From Desulfobacterales bacterium (GTDB taxonomy: Bacteria; Desulfobacterota; Desulfobacteria; Desulfobacterales; SpSt-501), in NCBI GenBank assembly GCA_035467535.1, contig DATITS010000053.1:395-64394 (forward strand): 64,000 bases of DNA, written 5' to 3'. The notes under the pieces are model-generated. The model was not told the DNA's origin, did no database searches, and saw only the letters and a program-made list of their open reading frames with translations. Both the position numbers and the translations under genes were made by a program. Shown here in pieces: positions 20,532-29,108 of this stretch; position 1 is the stretch's first letter, and every line of letters starts with the position of its first letter.

Positions 20532-20984
20532 CTATGAGGACTTCTTCTGCCGGGGTGCCCTGGGTGCTTTGGACGTCTTGATGGTTTTCGCCGCCGGCGC
20601 CTTGGGCGCTTTGGACACCTTGGTGGTTTTCGCCACCTTGGAAGCCTTGGTTTTGGCCCTTTTCGGCGCCTTCAGGGTCTGGATGTCTTTTTTCAGCGCC
20701 TGAAGCTCCCGTCTGACGGACTTCAAGTCTTCGGCGCTGACCACGTTGGCTTTTTTCAGGACGTCTTTAACTACCTGGCCGACCCTCGTCTCAAACTTTT
20801 TCTGGGTCTGCTCGATAGTCTGCTGGAACCCCTTGAGCAGGCCGGCGGTTTCCTTATCGGGCAGCTTTTCGACGATTTTCTTGCGGCGCGTCTCCACCTC
20901 GTCCCAGGTCTTCTGCGCCAGGTTTACCCCGGCGTCCACGGCCTTCTTCAGCTGCTCGGTCAGCGATTTGTTATCCGCGCTCAT
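20532..20984 (-). CDS. phasin-family protein with Lys/Ala/Pro-rich histone-H1-like C-terminal tail (PhaF-like)
   Basis: The N-terminal coiled-coil region (VNLAQKTWDEVETRRKKIVE..., VSAEDLKSVRRELQALKKDI) resembles phasins. The tail is KAPKRAKTKASKVAKTTKVSKAPKAPAAKTIKTSKAPRAPRQKK. Confidence 0.65.
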   Translation of the reverse strand: MSADNKSLTEQLKKAVDAGVNLAQKTWDEVETRRKKIVEKLPDKETAGLLKGFQQTIEQTQKKFETRVGQVVKDVLKKANVVSAEDLKSVRRELQALKKDIQTLKAPKRAKTKASKVAKTTKVSKAPKAPAAKTIKTSKAPRAPRQKKSS

Positions 20985-21118
20985 GACGATACCCTCCCCG
21001 TTTTAGCCTGTTGCCAGGCTGTTACGCACATCCGACTCGAGCGACTCGGCTTTCCGTCGGTGGCCGGTTCAGGCACCGGCTGTCAATACCCCATGCGACC
21101 CGAATCGCTCACTTCAGC

Positions 21119-22273
21119 CTATTTGAATTTGCCGAGCACGGCGCTCGCGATGGTGTTCTTCTGAATCTCCTTGGTGCCCTCATAGATCTCGGTGATCTTG
21201 GCATCGCGGTAGAAGCGCTCCACCTCGTACTCCGTCATGTAGCCGTAGCCGCCCAAAAGCTGAATGGCCTCGTCGGCCACCTCGACCGCCGTGCGCGCGG
21301 CGTACATCTTGGCCATGGAGGTCAGCTTCGGGTCGATGCGGCCCTGGTCGTAGTTCCAGGCCGCCTTGTAGGTCATCAGGCGGGCCAGCTCGATCTTGGT
21401 GGCCATGTCGGCCAGCTTGTGCTGGGTCACCTGGAAGTCGGCGATCCGCTTGCCGAACTGCTGGCGTTCCTTCACGTAGGCGAGCGCCCGGTCGAACGCC
21501 CCCTGGGCGATCCCCAGGGCTTGGGCGGCGACGAGGATCCGGCTTTCGTCGAAGAACTCGAGCACCTGGTAGAAGCCGCGGCCCTCCTTGCCGATGAGGT
21601 TGGCGGCCGGCACCCGAACATCCTTGTAGTTGACTTCGGCGGTCGCCATCATGTGGATGCCCATTTTCTCGCCGACGTCGGCGGTGGTGAGTCCCGGCCG
21701 GTCGGCCTCCACCAGGATCATGCTGATCCCGCGGTAGGCCGGTTGCGCAGCCGCATCGGTCTGGCAGAGGGTGCAGTAGAAGCCGGCCAGGCCGCCGTTG
21801 GTGATGAACGTCTTGGTGCCGTTGATGATCCACTCGTCGCCGTGCCGCACGGCCAGGGTGTCCAGCGCCGTGATGTCGGAGCCATGACCGGACTCGGTGA
21901 AGGCGCCGGCGGAGAGCATTTTGCCCTCGGCCACCGCCGGGAGGAATTTCTGCTTCAGATCGTCGCTGCCGAAGCGCAGCACGCACTCGGCGGCAAAGCT
22001 CGCTAAAATGACGGCACTGCCGATGCCCGAATCGCGGGCGCAGAACTCCTCGGCGATCAGGATGTTTTCCATGACACCCAACCCCTGCCCCGAATACGCC
22101 TCCGGATAGTGCACGCCGATGAAGCCCAGCTTGGCGGCTTTCTGCCAGATCTTGCGCGGGAATTCGTGTTTTCGGTCGAGCTCGAGGGCAAGCTCCTTGT
22201 CGAATTCGCCTTTGGCAAACTCCCTGGCCGCTTTCTGGATATCTTTCTGCGATTTTCCGATTTCAAAATCCAT
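21119..22273 (-). CDS. acyl-CoA dehydrogenase (short/medium-chain type)
   Basis: 384 aa starting MDFEIGKSQKDIQKAAREFAK. Contains ACAD motifs (GSDITALDT, QLLGGYGYMTEYEVERFYRDAKITEIYEGT). The ATG at 22273 has a GGGGAGGG RBS. Confidence 0.9.
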   Translation of the reverse strand: MDFEIGKSQKDIQKAAREFAKGEFDKELALELDRKHEFPRKIWQKAAKLGFIGVHYPEAYSGQGLGVMENILIAEEFCARDSGIGSAVILASFAAECVLRFGSDDLKQKFLPAVAEGKMLSAGAFTESGHGSDITALDTLAVRHGDEWIINGTKTFITNGGLAGFYCTLCQTDAAAQPAYRGISMILVEADRPGLTTADVGEKMGIHMMATAEVNYKDVRVPAANLIGKEGRGFYQVLEFFDESRILVAAQALGIAQGAFDRALAYVKERQQFGKRIADFQVTQHKLADMATKIELARLMTYKAAWNYDQGRIDPKLTSMAKMYAARTAVEVADEAIQLLGGYGYMTEYEVERFYRDAKITEIYEGTKEIQKNTIASAVLGKFK

Positions 22274-22511
22274 TGCTACCCTCCCCGCGGTTGAGTTGTT
22301 GAACAGACGCCGTGCCGATTCCCCTCTGCGATTAACATAAGGCCAATACCAATTCAAGGAGTTTGCCAGCCCTTCGATCAGTCCAAGGCCCCCCACCCCT
22401 TCGGCCGCGAGTGATGCTCCACCCGCATTCCAGGCCACGTCAAAACAGGGTGATCCAGGACGCGGTTGCGCCGAAGCCAATTTGCTTGACTGTTGGAGCG
22501 ACTTGGCTTAA

Positions 22512-22558
22512 CAGGGTGTTGTAAAATTGCGCCTCAAGGCCGTGATCCGGCGTTGTGC
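22512..22558. repeat. partial (left-end) copy of MITE family A
   Basis: cagggtgttgtaaaattgcgcctcaaggccgtgatccggcgttgtgc matches the first ~47 bp of the copies at 39873 and 48983. Confidence 0.6.
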
Positions 22559-22590
22559 AGCTTTCTGACCTGAAAGGACTGAACGAACCT

Positions 22591-23340
22591 ATGGCGTTTT
22601 CGATTGCGATGGCCGGCAAGGGCGGCACTGGGAAAACCACCCTGGCCGGGCTGCTGGTCAGCTATCTGCTGACACGCGGAAAAACACCGATCCTGGCGGT
22701 GGATGCCGACTGCAACTCCAACCTGAACGAGGTGCTGGGGGTGCCCCTGGGCGACACCCTTGGAAACGCCCGCGAGGACATGCGCAAGGGCGAGGTGCCG
22801 GACGGCATGACCAAGGATGTGTTCATGTCCATGAAGCTCGAGCAGTCGGTGGTTGAATCCGACGGCTTCGACCTCATTGTCATGGGCCGTCCGGAAGGCG
22901 CCGGCTGTTACTGCGCCGCGAACACGCTCCTGACCGGTTTCCTGGAAAAACTGGTCAACAATTATCCCTACATCGTCATGGACAACGAGGCCGGGATGGA
23001 GCACATCAGCCGGCTCACCACCAAGAATGTGAGCGCCCTGCTGCTGGTGTCGGATTCGTCGCGGCGGGGGCTTCAGGCGGCCCTGCGGATCAACGAGCTG
23101 GCCCGGGAGCTCAAGATCGGGGTCGGTCGGAGTTACCTCATCATCAACCGGGTCAAGGAACCGCCCTCCGCGGAAATACTCCAGATGATTCGAGATGCCG
23201 GCGTGGAACTCGCCGGGACCGTGCCCGATGACCGCACGGTCTACGAATTCGACTACCAGGGCCGTCCGACCATCCAGATGCCGGTGAGCAGCCCCTGCGT
23301 CAAGGCCGCGTTCGAGATTTTCGACAAGATCGTTCAGTGA
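22591..23340 (+). CDS. CooC/AcsF-type P-loop NTPase (nickel-insertion accessory ATPase family, MinD/ParA superfamily)
   Basis: MAFSIAMAGKGGTGKTT deviant Walker A. Also DADCNSNL, the CxC-type motif GAGCYCAAN and MDNEAGMEH. Confidence 0.75.
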   Translation: MAFSIAMAGKGGTGKTTLAGLLVSYLLTRGKTPILAVDADCNSNLNEVLGVPLGDTLGNAREDMRKGEVPDGMTKDVFMSMKLEQSVVESDGFDLIVMGRPEGAGCYCAANTLLTGFLEKLVNNYPYIVMDNEAGMEHISRLTTKNVSALLLVSDSSRRGLQAALRINELARELKIGVGRSYLIINRVKEPPSAEILQMIRDAGVELAGTVPDDRTVYEFDYQGRPTIQMPVSSPCVKAAFEIFDKIVQ

Positions 23341-23415
23341 TCAGCGGCGGAGGGTTAAGCGGCGACGCGCCGTTTCGGCGCTCGGAGAACACGTCTTTCG
23401 AGAGGACGCAAGCCG

Positions 23416-24366
23416 ATGAAACGCACAGGTTTTCTCTACGATGACCGCTTCCTGCTCCACAAGACCGGCCCCTATCACCCTGAAGTGCCGGAACGGCTCA
23501 CCGCCGTCTTCCAGGGCATCGAGGAAGGCGGGCTGCTGGACAAGCTCGTCCGCTTCACGGCCAGCCCCGCGGATATGAAGTGGATCCACGCCGTCCACAC
23601 CGCCGACTATGTCAAGCGTTTCGAGGCCGCCTGCCGGACCCACAAGCAGATGTTCGACTCCCCCGACAACCAGATGTGCGCCGAGACCTACGAGATCGCC
23701 CTGCTGGCCGTGGGCGGGATCCTGGAGACCGCCCGGCGGCTCATGGCGGGCGAGTTGGACAACGCCTTCTGCGCCGTCCGTCCGCCCGGCCACCACGCGG
23801 AGGCCAACCAGGCGATGGGGTTCTGCTACTTCAACAACGTCGCCATCGCGGCACGCTACCTGCAGCAGGAATGGGGCCTGCGCCGGGTCGTCATCGTGGA
23901 CTTCGATGTCCATCACGGCAACGGCACCCAGCATATCTTTGAGGAAGAGGCCGGCGTCTACTATTACTCCATCCACCAGCACCCCACCTTCGCATACCCG
24001 GGCACCGGGCGCGAATTCGAATACGGCCGGGGTGCCGGTTACAGTTTCACCAAGAACTCGCCGGTGTTGCCGGGGCAGGGGGACGAGGAGTGGAAGCGGC
24101 TGATCGAGCGGGACCTGTTCCCGGTCTTTGAAGGGTTCAAGCCTGAATTCATCCTCGTCTCCGCGGGATTCGACGGCCACCGCGACGACGACATGTCGGA
24201 CGTCCAGCTGTCGACGGAATGCTATTCCTGGATCATGCAAAAATTGGTCGGGATGGCCAACACCTATACCGGAGGCCGCCTCATCTCCGTGCTCGAGGGG
24301 GGGTATTCCCTGCGGCGGCTGCCGGAGCTGGCCCGCAATCACGTGGAGATCCTACTGAACGGCTGA
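23416..24366 (+). CDS. histone-deacetylase-family Zn-dependent protein deacetylase (AcuC-like)
   Basis: HPEVPERL, RPPGHHA, DFDVHHGNGTQ and EGGY motifs. Confidence 0.88.
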   Translation: MKRTGFLYDDRFLLHKTGPYHPEVPERLTAVFQGIEEGGLLDKLVRFTASPADMKWIHAVHTADYVKRFEAACRTHKQMFDSPDNQMCAETYEIALLAVGGILETARRLMAGELDNAFCAVRPPGHHAEANQAMGFCYFNNVAIAARYLQQEWGLRRVVIVDFDVHHGNGTQHIFEEEAGVYYYSIHQHPTFAYPGTGREFEYGRGAGYSFTKNSPVLPGQGDEEWKRLIERDLFPVFEGFKPEFILVSAGFDGHRDDDMSDVQLSTECYSWIMQKLVGMANTYTGGRLISVLEGGYSLRRLPELARNHVEILLNG

Positions 24367-24403
24367 AGGGGTCAACATTTACCGCATTACCAGAGGGGGA
24401 ATT

Positions 24404-25105
24404 ATGTTTGTCAGCAGATCGATGACCCGCAAGGTCATCACGGTTAATCCGGAGACAACGATCTTCGAAGCCCAGGAGTTGATGGCCACACACCGGATCC
24501 GCCACCTGCCGGTGGTCATCGCGGACAACACGCTCGTCGGCATCGTTACCGACCGGGATATCCGCAGCGCCTTGCCCTACCGTTTCTTCAAGGAAGGCAT
24601 CAGCCCGGCGGAAACGGAAAGCCTGAAGAACCTTCGGGTCAAGGATATCATGACCCAAAAGGTCATCACCATTCCGCCGGCCTACACGATCCAGGATGCG
24701 CTCATGGTGATCCAGAATTCCAGGGTAGGCGCCCTGCCCGTGGTGGACGAAGAGGGGCGGCTGCGGGGGATTATCTCCGTGCGGGACCTGCTGCGGGCCT
24801 TCATCAACGTGCTCGGCATCGGCCAGCCCGGAACCCTGCTCTGCATCCTGGTCGAGGAAAAGGTCGGCCAGCTCAAGCGGATCGTCGACGCCATCACCGA
24901 GATGGGGGTCTCCTTCGGCAGCGTTCTGGTGGCACGCTACTGGGACGAAAACAAGCGCGCCGTGTTCCCGTACCTGCTCACGCAGAACGTGGCCCAGGTG
25001 AAAAAGAAGCTGCAGGCCATGGGCTACACGCTGCTGGATCCGATGCAATGGTATATCGACCAGCTGCCGGAAGAGGAACGGCCCCCGGAAAAGCCGAAGC
25101 CCTGA
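24404..25105 (+). CDS. CBS-pair plus ACT-like domain protein (AcuB-like)
   Basis: Two CBS repeats (MTRKVITVNPETTIFEAQELMATHRIRHLPVV; IMTQKVITIPPAYTIQDALMVIQNSRVGALPVV) followed by a small C-terminal domain. Confidence 0.8.
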   Translation: MFVSRSMTRKVITVNPETTIFEAQELMATHRIRHLPVVIADNTLVGIVTDRDIRSALPYRFFKEGISPAETESLKNLRVKDIMTQKVITIPPAYTIQDALMVIQNSRVGALPVVDEEGRLRGIISVRDLLRAFINVLGIGQPGTLLCILVEEKVGQLKRIVDAITEMGVSFGSVLVARYWDENKRAVFPYLLTQNVAQVKKKLQAMGYTLLDPMQWYIDQLPEEERPPEKPKP

Positions 25106-25113
25106 CCGCCGCA

Positions 25114-25941
25114 ATGCACTGCCCCTACGCCGACCTGTACATCTACCGCATCGAAGGTCGGTGGGACTCCCGTGCCGCCGTCGGCGGGCCGTCTTTTCTC
25201 GGCCACTGGCAGGAAGAGGGGTCGAGCTTCCTCTTTTATTTGGCCCCGGCCGACGCCGAGGTGCGGATGATCCTCAGGGATCAGCCGCAACTCCGTCTCC
25301 TTGACAGCTGCCACATGCCTTACGACCAATGGCAGGGGACGATCTTCACCGCCGAGCCCATCGGCCGTTTTTTCATCGTGCCCGCCTGGCAAGACCCGGT
25401 GCCGGCCGACGCTGCCGCCGAGACCCTCCTGCCCATCGTGCTCGATCCGGGGGTCGTCTTCGGGGCGGGCAATCATCCCACGACCCGAGACTGTCTGCAG
25501 GCGCTGGATCTGTCGGCGGCGGAAGGCCCGGCCGGCACGGTGCTGGACCTCGGGACCGGCACGGGCATCCTGGCGCTGGCCGCGGCCAGGCTCGGAAGCC
25601 CCCGGGTGCTGGCCGTCGACCTCAATCTTCTCGCCGCCCGGACCGCGGCGCGCAATGTCCGGCTGAACCGGCTCACCGACAGCATCCTCGTGGTTCAGGG
25701 CCGGGCCGAGGAGGCCATCGACTGCCCGGCGGAGCTCTTGGTGGCCAATCTCCACGGCGACGTGATGCTGCGTTTGATCGACACCGGCGGCTTCCGGCAG
25801 AAACGGCGATTCATCCTCTCCGGCCTGCTGCGCGGGGACGCCAAGGAGGTCCGGAACCGGCTTACGCGGTCGGGCGCCCGCATCGTCGAGGAGTGGGTGC
25901 GGGACGGCATCTGGCATACGTTTTACGGCATGCGGGCATAG
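25114..25941 (+). CDS. prmA: ribosomal protein L11 methyltransferase
   Basis: FIVPAWQ, LDPGVVFGAGNHPTTRDCL and VLDLGTGTGILALAA (SAM motif I). Start taken at MHCPYADLYIY, just after the upstream stop codon. Confidence 0.85.
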   Translation: MHCPYADLYIYRIEGRWDSRAAVGGPSFLGHWQEEGSSFLFYLAPADAEVRMILRDQPQLRLLDSCHMPYDQWQGTIFTAEPIGRFFIVPAWQDPVPADAAAETLLPIVLDPGVVFGAGNHPTTRDCLQALDLSAAEGPAGTVLDLGTGTGILALAAARLGSPRVLAVDLNLLAARTAARNVRLNRLTDSILVVQGRAEEAIDCPAELLVANLHGDVMLRLIDTGGFRQKRRFILSGLLRGDAKEVRNRLTRSGARIVEEWVRDGIWHTFYGMRA

Positions 25942-25948
25942 GCGCACC

Positions 25949-26695
25949 ATGGACCACCTTATTCAACGCGCGGTCAACCACCTGGCGGCCGCCCGGAATG
26001 CCGTCGCCCTGACCGGGGCCGGCATCTCCATCGAGAGCGGGATCCCGCCCTTCCGGGGCAAGGGCGGTCTCTGGGAGAAGTTCGACCCCATGGAGATCGC
26101 GCATATCGATGCCTTGGTCAGAGATCCGGCCCGGGTCTGGAAGGTCCTCGTCAAGGACCTGAAAGAGATCATGGACCGGGCCGCTCCCAACGACGGCCAC
26201 AAGGGTCTCTCCCGGTTGGAGAAAATGGGTATCCTCAAAACGGTGATCACCCAGAACATCGACGGGCTGCACCAGATGGCCGGCAACACGGATGTGATTG
26301 AATTTCACGGCACGTTTGCCTGGCAGCGCTGCATGACGTGCGACCGGCGCATCGAGACGAACAAGGTCGACGCCTCCGTGCTCCCGCCGCGTTGCGGCTG
26401 CAGCGGCATTTTGCGGCCCGATGCGGTTTTCTTCGGGGAGATGATCCCGCCGGCGGCCCTGTGGCGGTCCCAGGAGGTCACGGCGCGCTGCGATGTCATG
26501 CTCGTGGTCGGCACCTCGGCCCTGGTCCAGCCGGCCGCCTCGATGCCGATCATGGCCAAGAAGGCCGGCGCCGTGGTCATCGAGATCAACCCCGAGCCCA
26601 CGCCCTTGACCGGGGTGATCAGCGATTTTCTGATCCCGGGCGAGGCCGGGAACATCATGAACCGGATCATCTCCGGACTGGAAGCGCGCCGGTGA
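25949..26695 (+). CDS. cobB: NAD-dependent protein deacylase (Sir2 family)
   Basis: GAGISIESGIPPFRG, TQNIDGLH, catalytic HG, and the Zn ribbon CMTCDRR...PPRCGCSG. Confidence 0.9.
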   Translation: MDHLIQRAVNHLAAARNAVALTGAGISIESGIPPFRGKGGLWEKFDPMEIAHIDALVRDPARVWKVLVKDLKEIMDRAAPNDGHKGLSRLEKMGILKTVITQNIDGLHQMAGNTDVIEFHGTFAWQRCMTCDRRIETNKVDASVLPPRCGCSGILRPDAVFFGEMIPPAALWRSQEVTARCDVMLVVGTSALVQPAASMPIMAKKAGAVVIEINPEPTPLTGVISDFLIPGEAGNIMNRIISGLEARR

Positions 26696-28236
26696 GCCCC
26701 TCGCCCTCTGACTGGATCCGGTGCGTCGCCCTGTCGCCGCCGAGCCTCGAAGACAACACCGCCGACCTGGATCGCCTGCTGGCGGCCCTGAAAAAAGAGC
26801 TGGGGGCCGAGGCGATCGACGTCGACCTCGATCTGCTCAGGCAGCTGCCGCCGCTGCTGCGCAGGGCGGACTACCGCATCCGCTGCACCGTGTTCCGCGA
26901 CCGCGGCCGCTGGGTCCTGACCGGCATCGACGCCGCTGACGCACCGCGGCCTGCGGCGGGGGTCGCCGTGGACCTGGGAACGACGCGGGTCGTGCTCCGG
27001 CTGATCGATTTGGCCTCCTGCCGCGTGCTCGGCGAACACGCCTTCGACAACCCGCAGATCACCATCGGCGCCGACGTGCTCGCCCGCATCCACCATGCCG
27101 ACTCCCCCGGCGGCCTTACGGAGCTGAACGGCCTCATCATCCGCGGCCTCAACACGGCCGTCGGCGAGATCTGCCGGACGGCCGGAATCGAGCCGCGCGA
27201 CATCTGCGCCGTGTCGGTCGCCGGCAACACCGCCATGACCCACCTCTTCCTCGGTTTGGAGCCGCGCTGGATCATCCGCGAGCCCTACATTCCCGTGGTC
27301 AACCGGCCGGGCGTGCTCAAGGCGGCCGACCTCGGAATCCAGGTGAGCCCCTTTGCGCGCGTGCTGGTCTTCCCCAGCATCGGGAGCTACTTCGGCGGCG
27401 ATCTCATCGCCGGCATCTTGTTTTCCGGGCTTAACCGCCGCCAGGAGACGGCGATCCTGGTCGACGTCGGCACCAACGCCGAAGTAGTGCTGGGCAATCA
27501 GGACTGGCTCATCGGCTGCGCCGGCGCGGCCGGCCCGGCGCTCGAGGGCGGGGTGACCCGGATGGGCATGCTGGCAGGCCCCGGTGCCATCGACCGCGTG
27601 GCGATCGACCCGGCCAGCCGCCGGTTCGACATCCACACCATCGCGGAGCGGCCCCCCATCGGAATCTGCGGCTCCGGCGTGATCGACCTGGCGGCCCAGC
27701 TTTTCGGCGCGGGCATGATCGACATCCGCGGCAAGCTGGTCCCTGCCGCCTGCGGCGCCCGCCTGCGCGTCGTCGAGGAGCTGCGGCACCTGGTCGTGGT
27801 ACCGGCCGAGCAGTCCGCCACCGGCAAGGATCTCACCATCAGCCAGGCGGACCTCGACAGCCTGATCCGCTCCAAGGCCGCGATGTACACCATCCTCGAA
27901 ACGATCGCCATGACCGTGGGCCTGAACATAGACGAATTGGGCACCTTCTACGTGGCCGGCACCTTCGGATGCTTCATCAACCCGCGCTCGGCCATCGCCA
28001 TCGGCATGCTGCCGGACCTGCCGCTCGAGCGCTACGTGCCCATCGGGAACAGCTCCCTGCAGGGGGCCGCTCTGGCCCTGACCTCCGAAAATGCCCTCGA
28101 GGAGATCGACCGCATCCGCGATCGCATCACCTACCTCGAACTCAACGTCAACCAGGACTTTATGAACCGCTTCAGCGCCGCCAAGTTTCTACCGCACACG
28201 GATGTCGGGCGGTTTCCGTCGGCCCCAACGTTTTGA
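26692..28236 (+). CDS. ASKHA-fold ATPase of the RACo/DUF4445 type, lacking an N-terminal ferredoxin domain
   Basis: VAVDLGTTRVVL (phosphate-1), DVGTNAEVVLG and IGICGSG motifs resemble the ATPase module of corrinoid reductive activators. No Cys cluster occurs in the first 100 aa. The GTG at 26692 overlaps the cobB stop (GTGA). Confidence 0.7.
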   Translation: MSPSPSDWIRCVALSPPSLEDNTADLDRLLAALKKELGAEAIDVDLDLLRQLPPLLRRADYRIRCTVFRDRGRWVLTGIDAADAPRPAAGVAVDLGTTRVVLRLIDLASCRVLGEHAFDNPQITIGADVLARIHHADSPGGLTELNGLIIRGLNTAVGEICRTAGIEPRDICAVSVAGNTAMTHLFLGLEPRWIIREPYIPVVNRPGVLKAADLGIQVSPFARVLVFPSIGSYFGGDLIAGILFSGLNRRQETAILVDVGTNAEVVLGNQDWLIGCAGAAGPALEGGVTRMGMLAGPGAIDRVAIDPASRRFDIHTIAERPPIGICGSGVIDLAAQLFGAGMIDIRGKLVPAACGARLRVVEELRHLVVVPAEQSATGKDLTISQADLDSLIRSKAAMYTILETIAMTVGLNIDELGTFYVAGTFGCFINPRSAIAIGMLPDLPLERYVPIGNSSLQGAALALTSENALEEIDRIRDRITYLELNVNQDFMNRFSAAKFLPHTDVGRFPSAPTF

Positions 28237-28314
28237 CGTCTTGACAGCAACGCATTATAGCGATTAACTATTTCGTATCATCAGGTGCGTTGATCAATCA
28301 GGGAGCACCGCTTC

Positions 28315-28815
28315 ATGCCGGACATGCTTGTCAAACTCTATGACCTGCCCGATCTGCATGAACCGCTTTGCAGAACCAAAGGGATCGGGATCGAGATCCG
28401 CCGGCCGAACCCGTGGGAGAAATCCAGTCTGTTGAAATGGGTGGAGAGCACCTTCAGCAGCACCTGGGCGTTGGAATGTGAAACGGCCTTCGCCGCAAAC
28501 CCGCCATCCTGCTACATCGCAATTGAAAAAGAGACGCTGATCGGGTTTGCCTGCCACGACTGTACCCGCAGGAATTTCTTCGGGCCCACCGGGGTCGCTG
28601 AAAATGCGAGAGGCAAAGGCGTTGGGTTGACGCTGCTGCTGTCGTGTCTGCATGCCATGCGCGCTGACGGCTACGCCTACGCCATCATCGGCGGGGTGGG
28701 CCCGGCGGAGTACTATGCGAAAACGGTCGGTGCAACCCTGATCGAGGGCTCTTCCCCGGGAGTCTACGATTTCGGGCTGACGCGCAAAGCGCCTGCGCCC
28801 GACAGCCGCACCTGA
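28315..28815 (+). CDS. GNAT-family N-acetyltransferase
   Basis: 166 aa with an acetyl-CoA pocket-like motif VAENARGKGVGLTLLL (Q/RxxGxG/A). Confidence 0.75.
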   Translation: MPDMLVKLYDLPDLHEPLCRTKGIGIEIRRPNPWEKSSLLKWVESTFSSTWALECETAFAANPPSCYIAIEKETLIGFACHDCTRRNFFGPTGVAENARGKGVGLTLLLSCLHAMRADGYAYAIIGGVGPAEYYAKTVGATLIEGSSPGVYDFGLTRKAPAPDSRT

Positions 28816-29108
28816 TTTGCGCTCGGCTGAAAATCCCCGGTTGCTGGTCGGCTATCTGAAATCACTTTCGCTGTTAAACAGTATCTTGGCTTGTCTTTTA
28901 GCGCCTTTCGCGTATTTCGCAGTTCCCTCTCCCCCATTCACCATGGCTACCGGAGTCGTTCCCTTTTCCGTTTCACAACCCCCCTCCACCCCGGACCCAG
29001 ATGACTTTTTAATCATTTCCGGGTCATCTTGCCGTGAACTTGCCGGTTTATTGTTGGTCCATCAGTCGAGCCCGCATGGGCCAACATCCAACCAGGAGGT
29101 AACAAACA

